Origin: Podarcis gaigeae
Lineage: Eukaryota
Assembly (NCBI GenBank): GCA_964106915.2
Contig: OZ066917.1
Length of the DNA stretch: 64,000 nt
Direction: 5' to 3' (one strand)
Within the stretch, counting starts at the first letter, position 1; every line of letters begins with the position of its first letter. Below the pieces are notes generated by a model that ran no database searches, was not told the DNA's origin, and worked only from the letters and a program-made list of their open reading frames with translations. A program made the position numbers and the translations under genes. Below are positions 11,601 to 24,892 of the stretch, piece after piece.

Positions 11601-14079
11601 TTCTGCATTGGTAACAAGACTTCTGCCAATTCAGAAATGATATGTATGAATTTATTTTCCTTAACTTAAAACATTTTTGTATGTGCATACATTCTGTAGC
11701 AGTTCATCTAAAATCCAAAATACATTCATTTCTTGGAAAGAACTTGTGCAAGAACTGTGCATTTTAAATACCAGCTATTTCCCTTAAAATCTTGGTTGTG
11801 ATGAAATTTCTCCCCAATTTTTTCTTTTGCAATATTACATGCTTTTGTTTGGATGTCTAGCCTATCGTTTCCTGCAGAGATAGCAGGCAAGTTACCTGGT
11901 GCAAACAGTGCTAAGATTTATTTCCCCTTTGTGGGGGCCTGCTGAAAAGGTCTTGTTACATTTGCTGCTCTGGCTGAATGGGTAACAGTGCAGGCCTTTT
12001 TACAATTCCTTGTAGCATCACTTGCCTTCTTGAGTGATAGTAAATTGATGAAGTAAAGTACTAAGTGCTCCATTCTTTGGATGAATTAATGTATTGAGAA
12101 TGTCTTGTGTGTGGATGTTCTTGCCTCAACATAAAAAATGACGCTACTATAACTTAAATGTACTTTCTAAGCCTACAAATGCATGTTTCTGTGGTTCCAG
12201 TTCTTGCCTGGTCCTGAGTTCTAGATATTTGATAAAACTTCATGAAATATTAACAAACTAATCCTATTATTTGTGGGTTTAACTTGGTTGCTGCAACAAG
12301 TACTTTAAATATTTTGCTAGCTAGATTCTCAGAAGTCCTTGTAAATATGTCCTATCCACTGTACTGTAGATGGTATACTGGCAGCCCCCCCATTCAATAT
12401 GTGTGTGACAGTGTATACGGCTATACGCTCATCTGCCGAACCTGGAAGTGACCTGGAAAGTTCAAAAAGATGTCACTAAAAGGCTCGAATGAGTGTTTGC
12501 AGGCTTTTAAAATAGGTTTCAATTATACACAATTTCACTGATATGTGCAGTGCCTTGGAATGTTACTGCCATGTAAGTGGGAGTTTGCCTGTATCTAAAG
12601 TCAGACTGGTTGTGGGATGATCAAACAGTATACTGCTCTGACTCTTCTCCCTTCCCTTAGTGCTCTGCCAAAGTGTAGAGGACTTGGGACAGGGAAAAGT
12701 TTGGTGGTTAGTGCAAATAATGGCTGGATCCTAATCCAGAGTTTGTGAACTGTTACCATACAAGCCTCTGGGATTACTTTTCCTTTTGTAAAGGAATATC
12801 TGATGCGTCAGAAGTCATTCAACACTGGTTTGGGCCAATAGCTGCAGCTCTGCAAATGATTTGCTTGGAAAATAGCACTGCTGAGGCCAAAAGTAAAGTA
12901 TAAAAGAGTTGTAGACTGCTTTGATTGGCAAGCACAGCTTTCCATTTTGTGCTTGGAAAGTCACTGCTGGCTCAGAACTAGTAGCTCACATACTACTTGT
13001 TGCTTGGGTTGTGTTGTTTCTGAAACAAGTTAACTATTGGTTGAACTTAGAACTGTAATCTAACATTTTATATTTTTCAGTATGGAACTTGTTGCCCCAC
13101 TCTAATCAATCAACCAATTATCCTTTTACCAAGCGGCTTGCAGTGACATGGAGGAAAGAGGGAACAGAGATGGATAAGCAAGGGTAAAAAACATATGAAT
13201 TATTCAGTTACAGATATCACCCCCACTTAGACGGGGTTTATGTTGCAGGCCCCCATGCTCATAACAGAAAATGGGGACCACCCTCTAAACACCCTTTAAA
13301 TGCCCTCTCTGCTGCTCTCTCTTCAATCCATATCAAAAATACTGTATCTAAAAATATCCACAACTAGAATTGAAGCTTGGGGGCCGGCTGGAGGCCGGAG
13401 GACTTGCAGAAAAGTGGCTGCTGCTACTGCGCACACCAGCTGTTAGACTGAGAGGCTGAGCATCCTAAGCAAAGCCCCACTGTGCCTATAGTCTTTTGGG
13501 GGCTTCCTCATTTTACATCCTCTTTGGGATCTGGGGAGGGTCTCTTCTCCAGCTCTCTCCTGCCATTTCCAGGTTTATTTATTTCCTGGTGCTTTGTGTA
13601 TACATGGTAGTGTGTGAGTCGATCATGTTTAAATGGGGCGATTCCTGTATGTGTACTTTGGCTTCATTATAATAGGGACTAGGTTGGTTGTCTTTGTTAC
13701 CTATGGTTACTAGCTATTGGGTATGAAGCTACTAGAAGTGTACATGGCATTCAGTATATGGTTTCTTGTATGACTCATGATGGAAATGAACAGTGCCAGA
13801 TATATGTTCAAAGCAGTTCAAGAAAGTGTACCAGAAACATTACAAGAAGCAGGCTTAGTGTCCATGGCTAAGAATCATTGGTTGTAAACCAGAATGGGGA
13901 AGGGAGGAGGGTGGCAGTTGTCTGGCTTGAGGGCTAATCAGATTCTAGAAAGAGAAGGACCAACAGGTCATCTGAAACAGCAGTACTGTGTTTAATAGAT
14001 GTTGTGGACAGAGGAGTAAGTTCTGCCAGGAGGGCAGTTGCATGCAATGAAATAGATATATGGCTCTTCCATTTTGGAA

Positions 14080-15990
14080 GTTTGTGATTATGTTGGTTAA
14101 TTATCGATCCCTAATATTTACCTGTTTGAGGTAAATACTGTAAGTTGAGCTTGTGCCACAATTCAGTAACCCGAAGGTAAGCATGAAGTCAAGCTTTTGG
14201 ACATGCGCTAATCAATCAGTGCCAGTACAGAAGAAACTGAGGCAATGTCTAGTAATGTGGGAGTCAGCTATACTTGACTTGATCTTAACCAATAGGGAAG
14301 AGTTGGTTAATGAAAAGTGACCTTGTAATGTAGAATTTAATGAAATTATTTAAAGCCAAAAGTGAGCATCCTCGGGTATCTTTGGATTATAGGAAAACGG
14401 ATTTCAAAAAGTTCAAGAAAATGCTAGGTGGGTTCAGTGTTCGAAATTCCCCAGTTGCGTTTCACTACTAGTGCTGGTCCAGTTGTGACTACTTGGAGAT
14501 TTCTGGGTGCCAGGTTGGTGACCACAGTTTAAAAACCTCTGCCTTAGTCTATAGTTAATTATTTTTCCACGGTGTGTTTCTCCTTATTGCATACTAGGAC
14601 AAGTAAGAGCAAGCTACAGTCAGGTAGCATAGTTGAGATCATAGAATGGTAGCATTGGAAGGGACCCCAAGGGTCATCTAGTCAAACCCCCGACAAATAG
14701 ACATTCTGTTGTGGCGACCATAGCCTAGGTTTAAGGTGTCATTTGGTGCCTAGCTTATAGATCTGAGTTTCTAACACTGGGTAGGATTCCATGGCTGGAT
14801 ATGCCAATGGGGAAAGCAGAATAATGTGGGTGAGAATTCCTGAAGATGGGGTCACTAACGGCACAATTGCAAACAATTCCGGGGGGGGGGGGGAGAAGAG
14901 AAGAGAAATGAGAGAGATGTTAAGAAACTAGTGTTGCTGGAAGAAAGGGTTAGGAAGGAGCTGAAGATAAAAGGGTACAAAGAAGTAGAAGGAAAGGTAA
15001 GCAAGGGTGAGTACAAACAAGTGGCCCAAAGTTGTAGGGGTGGTGTCAAGAAAACTAAAACTTGAAATAAGCTGGTGCTTTTGGGGAATGCTAAAAGAAC
15101 AAAAACAACTTTTAAAGGTATATTCAAAGCAAGAGGAGAGAAATTATAGAACAACAGCTCAGTAAGGATCATGAATGGGTGACAAGGAAAATGTGAATCT
15201 GCTGAACTCCCCCCCCCCTCCAGTCTTCTTCCAAAAAGGGAAATGTGAGCAACTTGTTTTGAGTGGGGTGTTTGAGGGCTCTGGAGCAGTAGTAAACATC
15301 TCAGAAGACGGGGGGGGGGGTGGTAGAGGATCAAAATGACCTTTATAGCATGAAAAGCTGGGCCAAACCTAAGAAAAATGAAATTCAACAGAAACAAATG
15401 TAAAGTTATGGATGTAGGCCAACCCCCCCCCCCCCCGTGATTCACAGGTATAGCAATAAAGTGTTTTATGGGTTAGCAATTGGGCATGCGAAAATGTAGT
15501 TGGTTTCTGACTGAAATTTAGTCAGTATCATGATGCAGCTGCAAGAAAGGTTGATGTAGTTTGGGGCGTTTATAGAATCATAGTCAACAGAAAGTTTCCA
15601 TGTCAACAGAAATACTAGTTTCCATTTTATTCTGCACTAGTCAGCCTTCATCTGGTACATTGTGAGCTACCCTGGGTGCCTTAATTTAAGAATGATCTAG
15701 GAAAATTGAAATGGGTTCAAAGGAGAGCAATAAAAGATAGTGGTATGGAAAACAGCCCTTATAAGAAAGGTTTAAGGAAGTGGATATTTTCAGCCTGGAG
15801 GAGAGAATATTGAGAAGAGGAAATGATAGTATGCTTTAACTTTCTGAAGGCTGTCTGATAGAACAGAGTGAATACGTACAGTACTTGTTTTCTGGTGCCC
15901 CAGAAGGCAGGACTCTAACTAATGGGCATAAATCCCAGGAGAGTTGATACTGATTGAGTACTGGGAGAGATTACATGGTAGTTCAACAGC
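14080..15990 (+). mobile_element. Old, fragmented CR1 LINE ORF2 relic (interrupted by a MITE at ~14435-14779)
   Basis: Degenerate CR1 motifs LDLILTNREELV, LDYRKTDF, KFNRNKCKVM and WVQRRAIK, with many stops and frameshifts. Confidence 0.75.
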
Positions 15991-16963
15991 AATGCCCCTA
16001 AGTCCATACTACAATGTTCATAAATGCTTATTGTGGGAAGGCTAATCTCAAGTTTGGGGATAGCAGAGTATCCACACTACTTCTGCTGCTCCAAAGTTTA
16101 GAGAAAGAACATCTGCTTCCTTTTCTCCTTGAGAGAGGGAGGGCTTATGTTGTAAGTTTTATTTTAAAAACTTCTTTTACAATATTTGTATACGTTTCAA
16201 CCAAAATGGTTCTAAAAGTTCACAATACTATCTAGGCTTATTAGCGTTGAAGATTGCCATCACAATGATGTTTGTGGTACAGTGTTGGAGAATATACTTT
16301 ATGAAATTCACCAGGACAACATTCAAAAGCCCTTACGTTTGTTCTCAATATTCAGGAAGAAATTGGGGCAGTAATTTGTGTGCTGATAGACATCTTTGCC
16401 AGAGAACCAGGTGGCTTGGGTATTTGTAGAAAAATACTCTGAGTGACTTCTCCTTCTATGCTGAGATGGCTGCTGTTGGTTCAAAGGCAGTAGGGAAGTT
16501 TCTCACATTTGCTAACTGGAAGAGTGGTGGAGACTAGAGAAAATAATGAGTTTGAGAGGTGTCACATGTGGTCCTAACTTTGGAAAATACCGTAAGTGTC
16601 CAGTTTCAGTCAAATTCTTGGTAGCTTACAATAGAACCATTGATAATATGGTCACAAATATAATAAAAGCAATACTTTCAGCCATCCTTAACATTTCTGG
16701 CGACACAACCCCAGAGTCTTTAATTGTTAGGCCAATAAAAATCTTAAATATAATAAACTACCTGTTCTTTAAAAAAAAACAAATGGTTGGGGAGCTCCAA
16801 ATGTGTCCGGGTCACCATGAATAATGTGCTGAACTTGTTAACTAGGAGCTTGCCCCTGAAATCTTGTAAGGTGGAGAGGGAGTTAACTTGCTAATGATCT
16901 ATGGTAGTAATAAACATTGCACATGAACAGATTAATAACTTTATGAGAATTCATACATTCAGC

Positions 16964-17986
16964 CAGTGTTAAAAACAGAGATATGAAAGCTAGGGGCTAA
17001 ACGGCACCTTAAGCATAGGTTATGGGCGCAACAATGGAATGTCTAGGTGTGATTCTTTATAACAAGAATGCAAAGCTGAAAATGAATGAACTGCAGCTAA
17101 AATGTTATGTTCATTTTTCACATGGTCTAGTCCTTCTCCTGCCCACCCCCCTAATATTCTTAAGAGGGTTTCTTCTCCAGTCTTCAGAGAGTAGCTGGAG
17201 GTGGGGAGGCAGAAAAAGGTCCTCTTTTCCTTCCACTATGCAGTTTTAATCTGGAATCTTAGCCGTAGTACTGTGCCCAGAACTCAGAAACTGTTCTCAC
17301 TAATGAAATTCCCTGTCGCAAAATGCGCCTAGAACAATGGGAGTTTTGAACACTGCATTCAGCATGTGTTTTATTTATGTTTGCATTCAAATAAAATCTT
17401 TTGTTTGCATGGCAATGGAAAACTTCAAATAATCTACAGCTTTTGTTAATGTGTAGTGTTAATGTGGTAACTTGTACTTCCTAACAGTGTAATTTTTGCA
17501 GTGTTAAAGGTTTTTATGAATTAATGAACAAATCTGTGATATTAAAGGAAGCCAAATTTTTATAGAGTTATTTGCCTTTCAAATTTTTGTATTTCTGTCC
17601 TTTCTGCTTTATGGTAGGGCAGAGGTAGCTAATGTACCTGGAGCCTTTTGTTTTACTAAGCTACTCTGATACATAACCAAAATGCACTGAGGGAGTTACA
17701 GCCTACAGCTGCGTTTGAAACTGCCATTGCTCTAGATGCGTTTTGTGACAAGGAATTTCATTTGCGCTATGATTTCATGTTAAAACTGCAGAGGGGTGGG
17801 CAGGGGAAGCATGGCTTTGTTTTTTGCAGTCTTCAGATGAGGACTAAATCATGTGAAAAATGAATATAATATTTTATCTTCAGTTTATTCATTACAAGCG
17901 CACCTAAACATTCTGTTGTTGCGCCCATAACCTAAGTTTAAGGTGCCATTTAGCTCTTGGCTTTCATATCTCAGTTGCTAACACTG
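16964..17986. mobile_element. ~1 kb foldback / nested MITE with long imperfect inverted arms
   Basis: 16964-17345 is the reverse complement of 17715-17986 in several blocks (e.g. ggcaccttaagcataggttatgggcgcaacaa vs ttgttgcgcccataacctaagtttaaggtgcc); CAGTGTT...AACACTG ends. Confidence 0.75.
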
Positions 17987-19640
17987 GCCTGCATTAGTGT
18001 GGGGCAGCAAGACTTGTGTCCTAATATTCAGAAGTCTTCAGAATGGTCCAGAAAACACAGTGCAAAGTACCCTGAGTTGTGACCTGCACAGGGATATGGT
18101 GAATTGATACCTCTCAGTGTTCAGTAAGTAGCTAGACAAGAATTGAAGGATTATTTCCATTATATGTAATGTGTCATTTCTTCTATGAAACAGTAAACTT
18201 TCTACATCTTGGCAAAATATTAACTCACAGTAAGTAGAAATAGTGGTTTTAAACTAACTTGCTAACAGTGATGCAAAAGCCATGCAACATGTCAGAACAC
18301 AATGAATGATCTATTCTTAGTGACCCCGATTTGTCTTCTTGCTGTAGAAATTTCCATAACATGGAAGCTGTGTTACCAGTTTTTAGGATTTAAGATTAAT
18401 ATTTAATTGTATTTACTTTTAGTGTGCAAACACTAAAATACTGCAATATGTTATCATTAGAAATGCCTGAAATTCAGCCTCAAGCTTTGGAAAATTAAAA
18501 TCACATATTCTATTACATTCTGCTATCTTTCTCGAAATTTTCAATAAAGTAGCTCTCAGGGGACTTTCCTTGAATGATTGTTTGCTCAAACCATTGGTTG
18601 ATTACCAAATGTTAATGTAAAGAGTGCAAAAGAGTTAGATTAAATTTAAATATTTAAAAGAGTTAAATTAGGTTTTAATATTGCACATCTGGAGATTTTC
18701 CTTGTGAATGCCTTCTGTGTTCATTGGCATTGTGTCAACTTTAACGATACAGACAACAGTTCGATTTTTCAGAAACTGTATAATTTGTACTTTCATAAAT
18801 TTTTGTTTTGATAGAAAGTATTGATAGAAAATGAATATATGCTGTTTGATAGCCCAGACATGTTCATATTGAGAGTATATATGTTTTTGGAGAGCTGACT
18901 TTCTGAAAAAGCATCTGTTTAGTGTCTCTATACATGAGAAAGTTTGGACAACTTTACATAAATCTATTTGCTGCTTTATGCAGAGAGTTAGTGATTAGTA
19001 CCTATAAATTACAGAGCTGCAACCCTGCTGACATGTATTTGTCAAGGAATAAATACAGTGGGTTGTATCCAACTTTATGGGAATGGAAGTCTTATTGTAC
19101 AATGGGGCTTTTCGACTCCTCATTTCGACTCCAACACCCCACACTCCTCAAAAAGCCTCTACATAGTATTGGGGGAACCTCTGACCTTGTGTATGCATTG
19201 CAAAAGAAATGGGAAAACAGCAGCTTGCTTTGGGAGAGGCTTTCTGCAGGGTTTGGGGAGTTGGAAAGCCCTGAAACACAACTTACTTTAATGTTACATA
19301 CAACCTTTCTTTTTGATACCGACAGCAGTAGTATAAAGATGACATGGATTTATTTGAAACTCCTTTTTGATATGAAAGGTCACTTCCCAGAATTTAATTA
19401 TTGAACTGGCAGTACTCTATTTATTAATTTGAAGTTTGTGAGATGTTTTAGGATTTCAGGAGTGCTTGGGGTATGTTCTGGTTTATTTGCCTAGAAAAAC
19501 CAAGTGGCATTGCTAAAGCATCAGTAACATTGTGTCTAAACCGTGTCACTATATTTTTTGTCCAGTAAGGACTTAGGATATTTCCATGACAGTCTCTCCC
19601 AAAACACCTAAATAATCTTCCATACATATGTGCTTCTTCC

Positions 19641-19694
19641 CCTCCTCCTCCTCCTCCTCCTCCTCCTCCTCCTCCTCCTCCTCCTCCTCCTCCT
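19641..19694. repeat. (CCT)n microsatellite, ~18 units
   Basis: Read directly from sequence. Confidence 0.95.
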
Positions 19695-20577
19695 TTTTAC
19701 TGACTACTGATATTCAGAATACCCTATGCAAACTTAATGAAATATTTATATAATGGTATGTTTACTTAAAACAGATTTAGTCAGATAGTTTTTCATATCA
19801 GTGGTTGCAGACTTGCTATGTCTGTCAATGAATTTTTTTGTGTGATTAATTTTAATGAAAAGTGGATTGTATCTGAGCTTTATGAGGCAATGATCAGGTA
19901 TTCAAAATACTTCATTAGTTTGGGTGGAAGGTGGTGTTGCATGCACTAGGCCTCTTAAAAAGTTTTTGAAGACTTTATGAATTCTGAAAAGTCAATCAAA
20001 TGTATGTGGTTGGATTTCAGCTGTTTGGCTTGTCTTGAGTTTTAGAGCAATCAGGGAAAACACTATCTATGCAGAATTTATTTTGGAGCAAAACATGGAA
20101 ATTCTATCTATGTATACCAAGACCATGGTTGTAGCAATAATTTGTATATGAGAGAAATGCAGTGGGATTGGATCCAGAGCTTGTGCACCTCTGGATTGAT
20201 GCCCCTTTTAAAAATAAGCAAATAGGGAATTAAACAACGTGTGCTAAGTTAAAATTGCTTGAGATGTGAATTTTTCTAGAAGATGAAGAAGAAAATTGTA
20301 CAGCGAAAATTGTATCTATAATTATATAAAGGAACTACAGCAGAGTTTGGTAATCCTACAAACAATTATAAAGAAGCTCAAATTAGCAACAGTAAACTCT
20401 AAGGCTTCTATGTTTACTAATAACTAGAATAAGATTTATGAAACATATTTATTTGACTATAGCAGTTAGCTATCAATAGTAATGACAACTGTAATGCTGG
20501 ATTTCTTTTCAGTCCACTTTAGCTTTTGAATTGTTTATACTTCATCAGTAAGTACCACTGGGGGGTACTAGCTAGAT

Positions 20578-20580
<3 letters not shown>

Positions 20581-20622
<42 letters not shown>
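20581..20622. repeat. (CT)n microsatellite at the L1 tail
   Basis: Read directly from sequence. Confidence 0.95.
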
Positions 20623-20624
<2 letters not shown>

Positions 20625-21244
20625 TATTTTTTCAAATTGAAGTTTTTATCTCTACAAAATAACAGAAAGGCTTACACACATGTTAGTAACACAAAGCATC
20701 CCCTTACCTCACCCCACCACCATTGGTTCGACGTAACTCGAAGTGTGAGTTAAAATCTGACTTCCTTCCATCATTGCTTGATCTTAATTCTATAACTTAT
20801 CTTTACATTTGGGTTTGTTATATTGTATTTGACAAATATTCTGATTTTACTTGCATTTGTAACCTTTCCCCCTTACAAACTTTGTTCTTTACATATCAGT
20901 ATTTCTGTACCGGAGCAGTGTTTTTTCGTATATTCATTCACTCAACCCTATTATTTTATTAAATTTTGATTTGTTTGACCTTGATAGCTGCCGTCATTTT
21001 GGCCAATTCAACAAATTCAGTAAGTTTGATTCGCCAGTCTATTATTGTGGGTATTTTGTCTCCCTTCCAGTTCTTTGCTATAAGAACTCTTGCGGCAGTG
21101 GATGCGTATAAGAATATCCTTTTCTTATTTATGGGGATGTCATTTGTTATTAATCCCAGAAGATACGCTTCTGGTTTCTTGTTGAATGATTTTAAAAAAA
21201 TCTTTATTATCTCTTCATAAACTTTATTCCAAAAGGTTTTTATC
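20584..21244 (-). mobile_element. 5'-truncated L1 LINE (ORF2 C-terminus and 3' UTR) with 14-bp TSD
   Basis: Minus strand reads KTFWNKVYEEI...KPEAYLLG...FLYASTAARVLIAKNWKGDKIPTIIDW...ELAKMT. TSD AGCTAGATGTTCTC at 20570-20583 and 21245-21258. Confidence 0.85.
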
Positions 21245-22607
21245 AGCTAGATGTTCTCAACCATCAGAAGCTTGCTTCTCTAACTAGCTGACTAGTAAGA
21301 AAACAGATGTCAAAATAACACATAGATTATGAAGGATCTTGCTTTTTGGTGTCAATTTTGGTTACTAACATTTGTTGTGAAATGATAACGCAAGTCAGAT
21401 TTTTACCTCCTTGCAAATGTATTTTATCTAGAATATTTTTGGTTTATTATTGCATTGAGAAATATTAAAAAGATATATAAATTAAAAATTGATAAGAAAC
21501 CTGTAGCTTTTTAGATATTGCTGGGCTTGAATTCTCATCATCCCTTACCATTGACCCTGCTGGCGTGTGCTAATGGGATCTGGAGCTGAATAATATCTAA
21601 GACACAGGTACTTTAGTGAGATGTGAATGAGTCTCATATGCTCCCCCCACCCATCCTCATGTGTGTCTAGGAGGAATATTTTGGAAGTGTTAACTTCTGC
21701 TTTTGGTTAACAGCAGTTTGTTGTATGTTCTTGCCTGTCAAACTGTAATTAGCATTAACTACAGTTAATTTCAAACCAACTACAGACAATGGTTTCTGAA
21801 GCTGGCTTGTTTACACTAACCATAGTTAACGATAACAACAGTTCCAGGTCCAGATGACATAGCAAACCGTTAAGCAGAAGCAAAAGTGTCCAAACACCAA
21901 TTCCAGACTGTGGAACAAGCAGAGGGAAGGGCCTGAGCTTAGGTAGGGGCTAAGCTAGTTCATATAATTAAACTCAGGGGTGCAGAATCTTTTTTTAGTC
22001 CCATGGGCCACATTTCCTCTTGCATAACTTTCTAGGATAAAGTGGCTGTGACCAGGAAAAAGAGGGAAAAGTGGACCAGGCCAGAGAGAAGAAATTAGGC
22101 AGTGATGTTTATTTTGGTATGGTACCCTATTTTCCATCCATGTAAAAGTCATAAGCTTCCACAGACACATGTCTCCATCCTCCATCTAGGAAAGCAAGAG
22201 GCATCCTCCAAGATCAAGGGCAGATGCTAGACAGGCACAAACACTTGAAGATAATGTGAAGCAGGGCTGGTGAGGGGTATGTCTTGAGGAGAGGCATGTG
22301 GACTTAATATGGACTCCTAGTTGGCCACATTCAACACCCATCCCAGTTTCCCATCCCTTTTGTACATTATATTCTAGCATGATGTCCAAATGCAGACATG
22401 GTCCAAATGAGGGTATCTTTCACATAAAAATTATAAAAAGAATGTGAAACAGTTTGTATAATTTCAGTAGCTAGCAGATGTGGGCTATCTATTAAATGTT
22501 AGCAGTAGATTTGCCTTAGAGATTTCTGGTAACTAAAATGTACAATAACTATCCACAACGTATTGTTTTGGAATCAGCTGTGTGGCTGACATTAGCTTGC
22601 TCTACAC

Positions 22608-22743
22608 CAGTGGTGGCCAAACTTGGCCCTCAAGCTGTTTTGGGACTACTATTCCCATCATCCCTGACCACTGGTCCTGTTAGCTAGGGATGATGGGAGT
22701 TGTAGTCCAAAAACAACTGGAGGGCCAAGTTTGGCCACTATTG
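22608..22743. mobile_element. 136-bp palindromic hAT MITE with 8-bp TSD CTCTACAC
   Basis: TIRs CAGTGGTGGCCAAACTTGGCCCTC / GAGGGCCAAGTTTGGCCACTATTG; TSD at 22600-22607 and 22744-22751. Confidence 0.9.
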
Positions 22744-22860
22744 CTCTACACTATTACTACTAGCCATGTATTGTCTAAGTAATTGCCTTGAAAGCTCACT
22801 GGGTAAGATTCAACGAATGGCTACACCCTCTCACTATATATAAAGGTCTGGTGACTTCTA

Positions 22861-22864
<4 letters not shown>

Positions 22865-22894
<30 letters not shown>
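22865..22894. repeat. (TG)n microsatellite
   Basis: Read directly from sequence. Confidence 0.95.
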
Positions 22895-22897
<3 letters not shown>

Positions 22898-23852
22898 TTT
22901 TGTTTTGACTGTGGCAAACCAACATGGCTGCCTACCTGTAATGAGATCCATTCAGTCAGTGCAAGCATTTCTGCTTGCCTGATAGGATGATTACCCTCCT
23001 CCTTCCTGCACAGGTCTCCCAAGAGGGTTATTCCAGAGCAGATTTGGGAGCCAGGGGAAGGGGGAAGCCACATTGCTTTAGCAAGAGTCCTTGCACTGGG
23101 TTCTACTAGTGGAATGAAGTAGTCGAAACTGGGCCAGTGTAAATAAAAGAGATTGCATAACTAAATCACTTCTTTGTTTAACCCATTTCCCAAGACACAG
23201 GAATCACTCTAAAAGTATTCTTTTTAAATCCTAAATGCAAGATGATTTAGTTGGAACTTGCAAACAGAGTTTGTTTATGAGATCAGAACACAATGATTAT
23301 TCTGTGTTTTTAAGTGACTCGTAATAATGTGCATGTGCTCAAAATCATGTAACGCAGGTTAGTGGCAGCAGTAGGGGAAGTTGTTGTTCCCTGTTCTTCC
23401 CACCACAGTGTTCATTTCCTTTCCTTTATAGAAGAAGGGAAGTGGTTGTCATAGTGATAAAGAGGAAACCCATTCGAATTATCTCTTTTTACAGACTAGC
23501 AGATTTACAAGATTATAAACTTTTCTGAGAAGTCCCCCAAACCATTTTAGTTTGAACAGGCCTGTCACAAAGGTCTGCACAGACCCTGCTGTCTCTTAAA
23601 ATTGCTTTAGACCAAAGATCTCATTTCTCCAAGAGATCTCCCACCCTTCATTTGAATTCACAAGTGAGGGGCACAGATACTAAATCAGTTGTCTGTCAGG
23701 AAGTGAAGGGAAAAGCATCCCTCCAGTTTACACCTTTTAACATTAACAGTGTTCTAAGTGTTAACCTAGTGTATGTTTGTTGTAGCAGGCACTAGGATCC
23801 TTTACAATTGGATGGTGTTTCCATGTGGAGGTAGAAATCTGTTTTATTCTTT

Positions 23853-24277
23853 TAAATAAATAAACCTTTATTGTCACTACATCACCTGTGTGCAGTGAAA
23901 TTAAATGAGCCCCCCTCTTCCCCGCACATACACTCAGTCTTGTTTGCGCTCTGTGTGCTTGTCGGAAGTCAGTTGCACCACTATTTTTTTCCATTCAGCA
24001 GCCCAACAGCCCACTGATAAAAACTGTTCTTTAACCTGTTGGTGCGGCTGACTATACTTCTGTATCTCCTGCCCGAAGGTAGGAGATTAAAGAGGTGCTG
24101 GCCAGCGTGTGAGTCGTCCCTAAGAATTTTCCTTGCTCTCCTGAGGCAGCGGTCTTCCGCGATGTCATCTAGCGAACTCCAGGGACAGCCCATGATATCA
24201 TGGGCTGTATTCATCACCCTCTGTAGGGACTTCCTGTCTGTGGCTGTCAAACCGGTGTACCACACTGTAATACAGTG
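23853..24277 (-). mobile_element. 5'-truncated Rex1/Babar-type LINE (ORF C-terminus and 3' UTR)
   Basis: ORF 23981-24334(-): CITVWY...DRKSLQRVMNTA...LFNLLPSGRRYRSI...RLKNSFY is characteristic of Rex1/Babar. The 3' end reads AATAAAGG(TTTA)n. Confidence 0.8.
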
Positions 24278-24689
24278 TTTTAGTTCATTATATCTTATGG
24301 AAAAAATAGCAAAAAGAAAAAAGAAAGGTCTCATGTCACTGTGGCTTGGGTCTGCTTCTGGATGTTTTTGAAAAATGAGAATGCATTTTAAAATAAAACA
24401 GAGGTGACTGGAGGAGGAAAAAACAGCCAGTGATGCACTCTGTCACTGCACTGCTCTCCTGGAAGCAGTTGCAGCTCAGAGTAGGCAAGAAGGCAAGCTG
24501 CAAACTGTTTTAACACAGATTAGTTACACTATGAAACTTTTTACTCATTCTGTTTTTGTATAGTTATTGTGATTGAAAGAAGGTGAAGTGGTAGATTCTC
24601 CAATTCTTGAAATTCTTGAAATTCGTTTTATAGTAATTGTGAATGATTTGAGTTCAGAACTATAGACTACTTGGATTAATTCATATGTA

Positions 24690-24892
24690 CAGTGGTACCT
24701 CTGGATGCGAACGGGATCCGTTCCAGAGCCCCGTTTGCATCCTGAAGCAAACACAACCCGCGTCTGCGCGGGTCACAATTCGCGAGCGACGAAAACCAGA
24801 AGTAACGCGCTCCGTTACTTCTGGGTTGGGTCGCCATGGAGCGCAACCCGAAAATATTCATCCCAAAGCTACTTCAGCCTGAGGTATGATTG
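24690..24892. mobile_element. Tc1/mariner (Tigger-like) MITE
   Basis: TA|CAGTGGTACCTC...GAGGTATGATTG|TA. Confidence 0.8.

Noticed and set aside
14855-15445. 196-aa minus-strand ORF
   Set aside because: Antisense shadow of an A-rich CR1 relic; L/F/S-rich with no coding signal.
18922-19404. 160-aa intronic ORF
   Set aside because: Non-ATG start, no recognisable homology or splice context, and it overlaps degenerate repeat-like sequence.
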